A stretch of 64,000 bases of DNA from a bacterium (lineage in GTDB: Bacteria > UBA10199 > 2-02-FULL-50-16 > JAJFLM01), in assembly GCA_965216315.1 (NCBI GenBank), contig CBDCFN010000016.1, positions 512,001 through 576,000 on the forward strand. The letters run 5' to 3'. The translations under genes were made by a program, and so were the position numbers. Shown here one piece after another: positions 27,367 through 35,623 of the stretch. The notes under the pieces were generated by a model, which saw nothing but the letters and a program-made list of their open reading frames with translations, was not told where the DNA came from and did no database searches. Position 1 is the first letter of the stretch, and every line of letters starts with the position of its first letter.

Positions 27367-28581
27367 ATGGTCCGAACGAAGAAATCATTTCAAGGAATAC
27401 GTTTATTTACATTGAGTGTCGCGGCATTGGGCCTATTCGCTGTTGCGGCGTGTAGCAGTGACGATGGTGGCACGACGACGACCACCGGGACGGCCTTGGA
27501 GGGCCTGGCGTCTTGTACCGCGCAGGCCGGTTCCTCGGTCATTTGCGGAAAGGTTGTTGCTGCGGACGGGACGACGCCGGTCGTTGGAGCTGAGGTGACC
27601 CAGGCCGATGGGTCTTCCTTGGTGGCGGCGCCGCTCACGGGGCTATCAAATGATGCTTTTGGGGCCTTAACCGCCGATCCGGATAAGTGTCTGACCGATG
27701 ATCTCGGTGATTATGCCTGTCTCGTCCCCGGTTCCGGTGAGTTTAACTTGCTGCTCTCGGGGAGTATCTTCGGGAACACGCCGCAGGCCTTTACCGCGAC
27801 GGGAACCGAAGGAGAAACCACAACTGTTGATGTGACTGCGGATGTCAGTGCGCAATGGCTGGTCGTCCCGGGAAGCTTTGATGGCATTCAATTGCTCCTG
27901 GCTGAGTTAAAAGGGTGTACTCTGACGGGGGATGCTTCCAATCCGGATGGTTTACGTGGGAGCGAAGACTGTGAAAACAAAGGCCTCAAAGTCCTGGATG
28001 ATGCGGAGGTCACCGACTTCCTCGCGGATGAAGATTTGAGTGTTTACCAGGCTATTTTCGCCAACTGTGATGCGGATGAAAGTTTTAGTGCGAGAGCTGA
28101 TGAAGTGACAACCGCTCTGAGGAATTATGTGAATGGCGGTAAAAATATGTACTTCTCGGATCTATCGGACAGTTGGCTGACGACGGTCTTTCCGGACAAC
28201 ATTACCTTTCCGGCCGATAAGAATAGTACGGGCTCGGGGACGCTGAGTGGCGCTACTGTGAAGGATACCGGGCTGCAAATGTTCCTCGGTTCGACGGCCT
28301 CACCGCAGACGTCGATGGATATCATCTTTGATCTCGGTGTGTGGACGGCGATGGAAAGCGTCCGTTCGGGATGGACCACATTCATCGAGGGAGACATCGC
28401 CGGGAGCGGGCTCGGGGCGAGCCACACCGGGACGCGCCCAATCACTGTTGGTGGGCCGCAAGAAGATGGCTGTGTCTTTTACACCTCCTATCATGTCGAA
28501 CCGTCTAGTGTGACAGGGGCTGAGGATCAGGAGAAAGCCCTACGCTATCTGATCCTGAATCGCATGAATAACTGCTCTTAA
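27367..28581 (+). CDS. Secreted lipoprotein of unknown function
   Basis: AAGGAGG RBS before ATG 27367; lipobox AVAA-C, Thr linker, several Cys; followed by terminator. Confidence 0.8.
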   Translation: MVRTKKSFQGIRLFTLSVAALGLFAVAACSSDDGGTTTTTGTALEGLASCTAQAGSSVICGKVVAADGTTPVVGAEVTQADGSSLVAAPLTGLSNDAFGALTADPDKCLTDDLGDYACLVPGSGEFNLLLSGSIFGNTPQAFTATGTEGETTTVDVTADVSAQWLVVPGSFDGIQLLLAELKGCTLTGDASNPDGLRGSEDCENKGLKVLDDAEVTDFLADEDLSVYQAIFANCDADESFSARADEVTTALRNYVNGGKNMYFSDLSDSWLTTVFPDNITFPADKNSTGSGTLSGATVKDTGLQMFLGSTASPQTSMDIIFDLGVWTAMESVRSGWTTFIEGDIAGSGLGASHTGTRPITVGGPQEDGCVFYTSYHVEPSSVTGAEDQEKALRYLILNRMNNCS

Positions 28582-28604
28582 GCAGCCGATTAAATTGAAT
28601 CGTC

Positions 28605-28639
28605 AAAAGGCCCCGGTACTTGCGTACCGGGGCCTTTTT
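28605..28639 (+). terminator. Intrinsic terminator, possibly bidirectional
   Basis: AAAAGGCCCCGGTAC-ttgc-GTACCGGGGCCTTTTT perfect stem with U tract. Confidence 0.9.
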
Positions 28640-28655
28640 GTATGATAACCCCTTC

Positions 28656-29183
28656 ATGCGTAATCGCATCGTTCTCATTGCTATCCTTGCGGCAGGCCTG
28701 TTGATCTATTTTTATGTGACCCCTTACACTGAGGGGATTGCGGTTGGCGATCCGGCTCCAGCGTTTGAGCTCACCGATCAGCAGGGGAAGCTTGTAAAGT
28801 TATCCGACCTGAGAGGGCAGACGATACTCCTGAATATCTGGGCCACCTGGTGTCCTCCCTGCGTCTGGGAGATGCCCTCGTTGGAGCGCTTGCATTTGGC
28901 GCTGGCGCAGGATAATTTTAAGGTCGTTGCGGTCAGTATTGATGAAGGAGGTTGGCCGGTCATTAGACAGTTTTTGCAACGGACGTCATTGTCGTTTCCG
29001 ATCTTGTTAGACAGCAGTACGGCGGTTGCGCAAAGCTACGGGACCTATCAGCTACCGGAATCCTACATCATTGGGCCGCAGGGTAAGATCTTAAAAAAGT
29101 ATCGCGGTCCGCGGGAGTGGGATAAAGAGAGTGTTGTTAATGAGATTCAAGCACTGATAAGAAAGCATAGCAATGTACCGTAA
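28656..29183 (+). CDS. TlpA/ResA-family thiol-disulfide oxidoreductase
   Basis: N-terminal TM, APAFEL, NIWATWCPPCVWEMP, LPESYII; start moved to ATG 28656 because the upstream frame runs through the terminator. Confidence 0.92.
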   Translation: MRNRIVLIAILAAGLLIYFYVTPYTEGIAVGDPAPAFELTDQQGKLVKLSDLRGQTILLNIWATWCPPCVWEMPSLERLHLALAQDNFKVVAVSIDEGGWPVIRQFLQRTSLSFPILLDSSTAVAQSYGTYQLPESYIIGPQGKILKKYRGPREWDKESVVNEIQALIRKHSNVP

Positions 29184-30018
29184 ATATCTTCCATTCTTAA
29201 TCGTAGTATTGGTAATGGCCGGTTGTGTCAGGGATCCTATTACCGGCAAGAAGACCTACAATTGGTACTCGATTAAAAACGATGCCAAGTTGGGTGATCA
29301 AGTCATGACCGCTCAACTACAGGCTCTCGATAAGAAGAAAAAACCTATTGATGCTAAGGCCGATCCCAAAATGTATAAGAAGATGAAGAAGATTGCCTTT
29401 GATATCGCGGCGGTTTCACATGTGCGTACGTTTCCCTGGGAATTTCATCTTGCTGAAGTCGATGTCGTGAATGCCTGGGCGGCACCGGGCGGTAAGATCA
29501 TGGTTTATTCCGGACTGTACAATCACAAGAAAAAAGCCTTAGTGAATCCTAAAAATAAACATGAGATTGCAGCGGTGCTCGGACATGAGATTGCCCACGC
29601 GACGGCGCGTCACGTAACGGAATCGATAAGTCGTAACTACAGCATCCTTCTTGTGGGTCAGGCGGCCATGTCCGCCATATCGGCGTCCGGAAGCACGTTG
29701 GCGACGAACATCTTTCATAATGTTTTTGTGAGTGGGATGAACATTTATGTTCCGACCTATTCAAGAAAATATGAGGCCGAGGCGGATAAAATAGGACTCT
29801 TTTATATGGCCGCGGCCGGTTATGACCCCACGGCGGCGCGTGATTTATGGTACCGTGCCTGTAAAAAACGGGGTGACCGTACCTCGATATATGCCTCGCA
29901 TCCTTCGAGCTGTGCGCGGGCACAGAAATTGGAAGGCTATCTCCCGGAGGCGACGGCCCTTTACAAACGAGTCAAGCGCGGTGAGAAGGTGCCGATTCCA
30001 CCGCATATCCCTGAGTAG
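29173..30018 (+). CDS. M48-family Zn metallopeptidase lipoprotein
   Basis: Lipobox MAGC, NAWAAPGG, HEIAH, EAEAD, SHP. Confidence 0.92.
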   Translation: MYRKYLPFLIVVLVMAGCVRDPITGKKTYNWYSIKNDAKLGDQVMTAQLQALDKKKKPIDAKADPKMYKKMKKIAFDIAAVSHVRTFPWEFHLAEVDVVNAWAAPGGKIMVYSGLYNHKKKALVNPKNKHEIAAVLGHEIAHATARHVTESISRNYSILLVGQAAMSAISASGSTLATNIFHNVFVSGMNIYVPTYSRKYEAEADKIGLFYMAAAGYDPTAARDLWYRACKKRGDRTSIYASHPSSCARAQKLEGYLPEATALYKRVKRGEKVPIPPHIPE

Positions 30019-30072
30019 GGCCTTGGGCGTCACTTGATATTTCACGTCCTTAATGATAAATAGCTTTCAATA

Positions 30073-30537
30073 ATGGCGGACCAAGTCTCAAAGATGGATG
30101 ACGTTCCTAAAGGCTTTGAAGACAAACTCTCCAGACTTCAGAGCTATTTAGTCGAGCACGGATTACGGAATACGCATCAACGTGAGGTCATTCTGGCCGA
30201 GTTCCTGCGGCGACATCACCATTTTACTATTGAAGAACTCTGGGAGGAAGTCCGCAAAGTAGACCCGACGATTGGCTATGCTACCGTCTATCGGACGCTT
30301 CGTCTCTTTACGGAGTGTGGGATTGCGAACAAACACGATTTTGGGGGAGGCAGCGCGCGTTTTGAACAAGAGTCCGGTCATCACCATGATCACATGATTT
30401 GTAATAAGTGCGGTAAGATCATCGAGTTCGAGGATGATAGAATTGAAGAACTTCAAGAGGTTGTCTGTAAGAGCTATGACTTTCAACTGCAATCTCATCG
30501 TATGGAGATGTACGGTATCTGTTCGGACTGTCAGTGA
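30073..30537 (+). CDS. fur: Fur-family transcriptional regulator
   Basis: ATVYRTL, HHHDHMICNKCG, C-terminal CSDC. Confidence 0.93.
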   Translation: MADQVSKMDDVPKGFEDKLSRLQSYLVEHGLRNTHQREVILAEFLRRHHHFTIEELWEEVRKVDPTIGYATVYRTLRLFTECGIANKHDFGGGSARFEQESGHHHDHMICNKCGKIIEFEDDRIEELQEVVCKSYDFQLQSHRMEMYGICSDCQ

Positions 30538-30545
30538 GAGTTTTT

Positions 30546-31040
30546 TTAGTCTTGATGGTTTTTCCCCCACATGTCACGCAGCGGTATGATGATATAACTT
30601 AGGTAGAACAACCATTCCCCGATCCAACCAACTATTAAGAGCGGAATAAATAGCGGTGAGATATATCGAATTCCCCAGGGCGCCAATAGATCTAAGAGCG
30701 TCGCGACAAAACCTCCCACCAAAAGTATATATTTCATACGCTGCTTGATCTTCGTGGCAATGAGGATATGTGCTAAAGTCAGGTAGATAATCCCCATCAT
30801 GAAGGCATGGAAATGAGTTGTTTCCAATAACTGCAGGAAACTGCGCGGAAAAGTCAGCTCTGTTTGGCTGCCGAGATAATGCTGTTGGATAGCCTGCCAA
30901 CTCCAACCGATAATATGAAGCTGAAAGGCGGCAACGGTAATAAAGCCGATAGCTACGAAGAGAAGAAAAAATGTATAAATCAGTTTAACGTCTTTATTGG
31001 CGTTAGCTATGCGGTAGCCGCGACGGGTGTAATTTTTCAT
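30546..31040 (-). CDS. Membrane protein (~4 TM) with THFH and downstream His, unknown function
   Basis: Hydrophobic segments; start overlaps the apbE-like stop (ATGA), implying cotranslation. Confidence 0.75.
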   Translation of the reverse strand: MKNYTRRGYRIANANKDVKLIYTFFLLFVAIGFITVAAFQLHIIGWSWQAIQQHYLGSQTELTFPRSFLQLLETTHFHAFMMGIIYLTLAHILIATKIKQRMKYILLVGGFVATLLDLLAPWGIRYISPLFIPLLIVGWIGEWLFYLSYIIIPLRDMWGKNHQD

Positions 31041-31789
31041 TTGGGTTCACACTCTATATCGAGATTCCCGCTGATGTCTACTTGTCCGTTGGACCGAATA
31101 ATCATAAAAGCAAGAGACGGGTCTTGCCGTCTCAAATGATGAATCAGTTGAGTTTTATTGGGTCCGGCCGCATAAACAGCAGTCGCCAGGGCATCGGCCG
31201 TGTCGGCCGTATTTGCAAAGACCGTCACGGAATGATCGTTTGTTTCAACCGGCTTTCCACTATGAGGGTCAAAAATATGCTGACCGCGTTCCGATGTTCC
31301 TGAGGTGGCTAGCGCCCCCTGCATGACGCAAAGCGGAGCCGGGAATGACTCGAGTTCGATTTTCCAAGCGTGGCGTCTCAACTTGTTTTCGGCCCAAATG
31401 TCGCCCCCTGCATTAATTAAAAAGTGTTGATAGCCGACTGCGCGTAAGAATTGAGCCATTTGGTCAATGATGTACCCCTTGGCAATACCTCCGAGCCCAT
31501 AGCGGCGATCAAAATAACCGAGGGTGGCGGGTCCCAGCTGGGTGGCTTTTTGTTGCAGCCGGGGAAGCCTCTCGACACGCGCCTCCAGGCGGCGAGCGAG
31601 CTCAAAGGCTTCAGTCATGCTGCCTAGGGCCTCAGCAGGAGGGCGGGCCTCTGGATCTAATATGAGGGTTACAGGCACCGTTTCCATCAAGATTTGGGTG
31701 CGGGCGAGCTCTTGGGCGGCGTCGAGGGAGGTGGCCGCGCCAAGGGAAGTAGCGGCGTAACTAGCTAAAATAAAAAGAAAATATTTCAT
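31037..31789 (-). CDS. apbE: ApbE-like FAD:protein FMN transferase, internally shortened
   Basis: LGGIAKGYIID, INAGGD, ATSG, HIFDP, ADALATA; signal peptide. Confidence 0.85.
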   Translation of the reverse strand: MKYFLFILASYAATSLGAATSLDAAQELARTQILMETVPVTLILDPEARPPAEALGSMTEAFELARRLEARVERLPRLQQKATQLGPATLGYFDRRYGLGGIAKGYIIDQMAQFLRAVGYQHFLINAGGDIWAENKLRRHAWKIELESFPAPLCVMQGALATSGTSERGQHIFDPHSGKPVETNDHSVTVFANTADTADALATAVYAAGPNKTQLIHHLRRQDPSLAFMIIRSNGQVDISGNLDIECEPK

Positions 31790-31846
31790 ATGATGTCCAA
31801 CAGCTTGACAGTTGTGACCGACGACTCTATGTAGGGTCTGTTTTAT

Positions 31847-31861
31847 TGAAAATGGTTATCA
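31847..31861. promoter_or_regulatory. Putative Fur box in divergent apbE/beta-barrel intergenic region
   Basis: TGAAAAT-G-GTTATCA versus 7-1-7 consensus TGATAAT-N-ATTATCA (2 mismatches); TTGACA at 31805-31810 upstream; fur gene 1.3 kb away. Confidence 0.7.
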
Positions 31862-31903
31862 AAATCAACTAAATTGTCGTGAGACGAATGAAGGAGAAAA
31901 ACG

Positions 31904-33136
31904 GTGAAATATTCAAAACAGCTGCTGGGGATTCTAGGCCTGACAGTCATGGCCCTTTTCATCCAGTGGAGTAATCCGACGCAGGCAGCCGCAGCGGAGG
32001 GTCCTGATATTCAGGTCGAAGACGAGGAGGTCGAACGGGACTTCTTACGTTATGAAACAGGGAAAGGGCTACGTGTTGGCGATAAGGTGACTTTCTTTGG
32101 GTACGGGGAACTCCACTATAACAATGTGATCGGGTCATCGGGTGACAAATTTGATTTCCACCGTTTCGTGATTGGTTTGGGTATCGATTTTACGGATTGG
32201 TTGGTCTTTCGCAGTGAGATAGACTTTGAACACGCTGCAACCGAGCTCGAATTGGAAATTGCGTACTTAGACTTTTTGATCCACGAACTCTTTAATGTGA
32301 GAACGGGTATTATCCTTACTCCGGTTGGTTTTCTTAACGAACATCACGAGCCGACCCTGTTCTACAGTGTAGAGCGGCCACAATTTAATACCGTGATTAT
32401 TCCAACAACCTGGTTTGGCGCGGGAGTCGGTTTTCATGGCAAGACAGACTTTGGATTGCACTATCAGGCGTATTTAATGGAATCTTTGGACGCCATCAAT
32501 GAAAGCAATCAAACGGGTGGTTTCCGCGGATCTAAGGGGTTGCGCAGTGCCCGCCGTAAAACGGCTGAAGCGCCTGGACGTGACGTGGCAGGTGTTGTGC
32601 GACTTGAATATAAAGGGATGAATTGGTTTCAAGTCGGCACGTCTTTTTGGTTAGGGAATACCAGCCAAGGGAATGCTGCGGTTGATGGGGGTTTAACGAG
32701 CGTTATCGAGAGTGATCTCCGCTTTCAATTTGAAGGCCTCGAACTCACTTTTGTAGGCGCCTGGATTCATATCCAAAATGCCGACCAGATTAATGCGGCT
32801 ATTCAGGCCGTAGATCCGGCTACGCCGTTTACCGATCTCGTCGGTACGGACATACTCGGCGGGTATGCGGAGATTGCCTATCATCTTTTTCACCATTTAT
32901 GGCCGAGTACCACCCATGATCTCGTGGTCTTTGCGCGGCATGAACGGTTTGATACGCAATTTAGGATGCCGACAGGCGCGACAGCCGATTCTGCGAATAA
33001 ACGTCATACCACAACTTTTGGGTTAGCTTATTTCCCGATTGACCAAGTGGCGATTAAAGTTGATTACAATGTTAATCGTAACTCGGCAGGGACGGCAAAT
33101 GATCAGTTTAATGCAGGCTTTGCATTCCATTATTGA
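31904..33136 (+). CDS. Outer-membrane beta-barrel/porin-like protein (GTG start)
   Basis: AAGGAG RBS, signal peptide, amphipathic strands (FFGYGELHYN, SEIDFEH), C-terminal FAFHY. Confidence 0.8.
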   Translation: MKYSKQLLGILGLTVMALFIQWSNPTQAAAAEGPDIQVEDEEVERDFLRYETGKGLRVGDKVTFFGYGELHYNNVIGSSGDKFDFHRFVIGLGIDFTDWLVFRSEIDFEHAATELELEIAYLDFLIHELFNVRTGIILTPVGFLNEHHEPTLFYSVERPQFNTVIIPTTWFGAGVGFHGKTDFGLHYQAYLMESLDAINESNQTGGFRGSKGLRSARRKTAEAPGRDVAGVVRLEYKGMNWFQVGTSFWLGNTSQGNAAVDGGLTSVIESDLRFQFEGLELTFVGAWIHIQNADQINAAIQAVDPATPFTDLVGTDILGGYAEIAYHLFHHLWPSTTHDLVVFARHERFDTQFRMPTGATADSANKRHTTTFGLAYFPIDQVAIKVDYNVNRNSAGTANDQFNAGFAFHY

Positions 33137-33138
33137 TC

Positions 33139-33259
33139 GGCCCTTGATAAAGGCCCATCTGCTTCGTTGGCCAGCGCGCTTACTCCTCGACGTACGATCA
33201 AGTACGCCTGCGTCGTATCGCGTTGGCCAGCCTTGCAGCTGGACGCTTTCTCAAAAGCC
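33139..33259. repeat. Palindromic miniature element (REP/MITE-like)
   Basis: Imperfect terminal IR GGCCCTTGATAAAGGCCCATCTGC / GCAGCTGGACGCTTTCTCAAAAGCC, nested TGGCCAGCGCG/CGCGTTGGCCA and CGTAC/GTACG stems. Confidence 0.7.
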
Positions 33260-33266
33260 TCTTTTC

Positions 33267-33791
33267 GTGTGCATCCTCTTATTCAGCCTACTTTATTCAC
33301 CGGTGGCGTTTGGGGTTGTTTACATGAAACCTAAGGATGTCTTGACGCAATTCTTTAATAACTCTGAAAAAGTCGTTTCAGAAAAAAAGCAGGTCGGTGC
33401 AATCCAGAGAGCCGAGCTGTCCCAACGGTTAGGTTATAAATTTAAGGAAAAAGAGCTGATTTTCTATGTCGGAAAAACTGGGGCCAAGATTGACGGATAC
33501 GCTCTCCTAGATCATCAAATCGGCAAGACGCAACCGATTACCTTTATGACGTTGATTGGCCCTAAAGGCCGGGTCGAGCAGATCGAGGTTCTCGTCTATC
33601 GGGAGTCCCATGGTTCCGAAGTGCGCCATCAACGTTTTTTGAAGCAATTCTATACGAAGGTCTCCTCGGATCCGTTACGGCGTGGTCGGGATATCGTCAA
33701 TATTTCAGGGGCGACAATGTCCGTAGATGCCATGACCGTAGGGGTCAAACGTGCGCTCATCCTGTGGAATTATTATTTTGGCAATGAATAG
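33267..33791 (+). CDS. Extracytosolic FMN-binding domain protein (start uncertain)
   Basis: Signal-like VCILLFSLLYSPVAFG, YRESHGSEV, flavinylation motif ISGATMS (SGAT 33705-33716). Confidence 0.85.
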   Translation: MCILLFSLLYSPVAFGVVYMKPKDVLTQFFNNSEKVVSEKKQVGAIQRAELSQRLGYKFKEKELIFYVGKTGAKIDGYALLDHQIGKTQPITFMTLIGPKGRVEQIEVLVYRESHGSEVRHQRFLKQFYTKVSSDPLRRGRDIVNISGATMSVDAMTVGVKRALILWNYYFGNE

Positions 33792-33815
33792 GTCCTGTGC
33801 TAGAAAGACAGGCCT

Positions 33816-34460
33816 ATGAGTGAGGCCTTTGAAGCGGTCAAATATTTCTTCGAAGTCGGCGGCTGGGCCATGTATGGGATTTTGCTCTGTTCCGTGGTCG
33901 CCTTGGGCGTATTTTTAGAGCGGATGTGGACCCTTCGTGCCAGCCGTATTGTTCCGCGATCCTTCTTTATCGATGTGGAGTCAGCACTCGAGCAAGGCAA
34001 GCTCGACGAGGCGGAGAAACTCTGCCGCAAAAATGATTCTCCACTGGCGCAGGTTTTTTATCAGGGCCTTTCGCAGGTCCGTTCGGGTGTACAAGCCGTC
34101 AAACAGATGATCGAAGAAGAATCGGAGCGTCAGACTTTCGTCTTAGAACGTGGTATTGGGGTTCTCAATATGATTATTACTTTAGCACCCCTCTTAGGTT
34201 TTTTAGGGACGGTCCTGGGCATGGTGGAGCTTTTCTCGAGCATTGCTCAAGAAGGTGAAATCCAGAACATTGGTGTGATTGCCGGAGGTGTCTATAAGGC
34301 TCTCTATACCACCGTGGCCGGGCTCATCGTTGCCATTCCAACGACGGTTTTTCATAAGATCAGTATGTCGAGTGTGGATCAGCGGCTTGTGGCCTTGGAA
34401 GAATTTTCGCTTAAGTTTCTCGCCATTCTCGGTAAATCAAGTAAAGGGACTGCCGGTTAA
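33816..34460 (+). CDS. exbB: MotA/TolQ/ExbB proton channel protein
   Basis: APLLGFLGTVLGM, ALYTTVAGLIVAIP. Confidence 0.9.
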   Translation: MSEAFEAVKYFFEVGGWAMYGILLCSVVALGVFLERMWTLRASRIVPRSFFIDVESALEQGKLDEAEKLCRKNDSPLAQVFYQGLSQVRSGVQAVKQMIEEESERQTFVLERGIGVLNMIITLAPLLGFLGTVLGMVELFSSIAQEGEIQNIGVIAGGVYKALYTTVAGLIVAIPTTVFHKISMSSVDQRLVALEEFSLKFLAILGKSSKGTAG

Positions 34461-34462
34461 TT

Positions 34463-34876
34463 ATGCGGCTCCCTTATCGCGTTCGCAGGCGACAGGAACG
34501 ACGGGCTTTAGGCCTTAACCTGACACCGTTGGTGGATGTCATGTTTCATCTCATGATATTCATACTCGTGACGGCCCAGTATTCCAATGTCTATTCGATG
34601 AAAGTCGATCTTCCCAAAGCTGAGTCGGCGCAGCGGGTCGGTGAAAAGAAGGTTGTTGTCGTCAGTTTAACGGATGATGCCGCGATTTTTTTTGAAAAGA
34701 CCAAGGTCAATATTACGGAATTAGAGTCTCAGCTCAAAGAGCTCGCGGAACGTGAATCACCCCCTCAAATTATTCTTCGGGCGGATCAAGATTCGACGAC
34801 GGGGACACTCGTTGAGGTGATGGACGTTGTGCAAAAAGTGGGCTTGAAACGGGTGTCTTTGCAGACGGAAAAATAG
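34463..34876 (+). CDS. exbD: ExbD/TolR protein
   Basis: NLTPLVDVMFHL, VDLPKA, LRAD. Confidence 0.9.
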   Translation: MRLPYRVRRRQERRALGLNLTPLVDVMFHLMIFILVTAQYSNVYSMKVDLPKAESAQRVGEKKVVVVSLTDDAAIFFEKTKVNITELESQLKELAERESPPQIILRADQDSTTGTLVEVMDVVQKVGLKRVSLQTEK

Positions 34877-34881
34877 ATGGC

Positions 34882-35148
34882 CTAGGAACGGCGCAGATGT
34901 TGGGTCCAACGGCTGGGACCGGCGGTACCAAAAAACTGTCCAGCAGCTGTGTCTTCTAAGCGGCCACGTCTGGGTCGATCACCCGTCGGGATGGCTTCAG
35001 AAAATTCACTCTGGCCGGCGTTAGCTACACGAGCATCAACCGTCGCGTCAGGAGCTTCATCGAGACTGATAGTTTCCCGAGGCTGAGACGGTTGTACCGG
35101 CTGAACCGGCAGCTTTTCTCCGACTGGTCTGTTGTTGTCCGTGCCCAT
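34882..35148 (-). CDS. Small Pro-rich hypothetical protein
   Basis: 88-aa ORF, AAAGGT upstream, preceded by GCAAC-N18-CGATAA motif. Confidence 0.55.
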   Translation of the reverse strand: MGTDNNRPVGEKLPVQPVQPSQPRETISLDEAPDATVDARVANAGQSEFSEAIPTGDRPRRGRLEDTAAGQFFGTAGPSRWTQHLRRS

Positions 35149-35168
35149 AAATATACCTTTACCAGTAT

Positions 35169-35198
35169 ATTATCGTATTTTTGGGGGGTTCGCGTTGC
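35169..35198 (-). promoter_or_regulatory. GCAAC-N18-CGATAA alternative-sigma promoter candidate
   Basis: Minus strand GCAACgcgaaccccccaaaaataCGATAAT. Confidence 0.55.
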
Positions 35199-35215
35199 GA
35201 ATCTTGACGAAATTT

Positions 35216-35488
35216 CTAAGCTCTTGAATTTATTCGAGAAATTGCTCTTCCGGAGCGGATTTGGGCAAGTAAATCAGCGGCAGTCCGCCCGGTGGGTTCG
35301 GAATGGGAGAATTCGACCCGGTATTCGGCGGTGACGGTACGAGAGTCCGCGGCGACGTCTTCGCTGCGGACAAATGAGCTCCGTTGAGCGTCGCTCTGGG
35401 TCCGAGGCGAGGGCGGAGGGCCGGAGAGGCTCTCGGGTTGACCCGGAGTGCTGTTTTGCTGGGGAGTGGCGAGAGGGATCAGTTTCAT
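35216..35488 (-). CDS. Small Pro/Ser-rich hypothetical protein (start likely ATG 35488)
   Basis: ORF MKLIPLATPQQ...; the upstream ATG 35506 falls inside the promoter motif. Confidence 0.5.
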   Translation of the reverse strand: MKLIPLATPQQNSTPGQPESLSGPPPSPRTQSDAQRSSFVRSEDVAADSRTVTAEYRVEFSHSEPTGRTAADLLAQIRSGRAISRINSRA

Positions 35489-35496
35489 CTTTATAA

Positions 35497-35525
35497 GTAT
35501 CGGCATTTAGATACGATCGGGTTGT
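35497..35525 (-). promoter_or_regulatory. ACAAC-N18-CGATAC alternative-sigma promoter candidate
   Basis: Minus strand ACAACccgatcgtatctaaatgcCGATAC. Confidence 0.45.
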
Positions 35526-35532
35526 TTAAAGA

Positions 35533-35623
35533 AAATCCCTCCTAACCTCCCTTTCCTAAAGGGAGGGACCTCAAGTGGAGACCGTTACCTCCCCCTTTAA
35601 GAAAGGGGGACTGAGGGGGATTT
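35533..35623. repeat. Double-hairpin REP-like element at metH 3' end
   Basis: CCTCCCTTT-cct-AAAGGGAGG and TCCCCCTTT-aag-AAAGGGGGA within outer AAATCCCTC / GGGGGATTT. Confidence 0.75.

Noticed and set aside
30051..30072. Possible autoregulatory Fur box before fur
   Set aside because: Only the TGATAA half-site matches; poor symmetry
33039..33138. ORF-track N-terminus of the FMN-binding protein
   Set aside because: Overlaps the barrel gene by ~100 nt; the signal peptide lies further downstream
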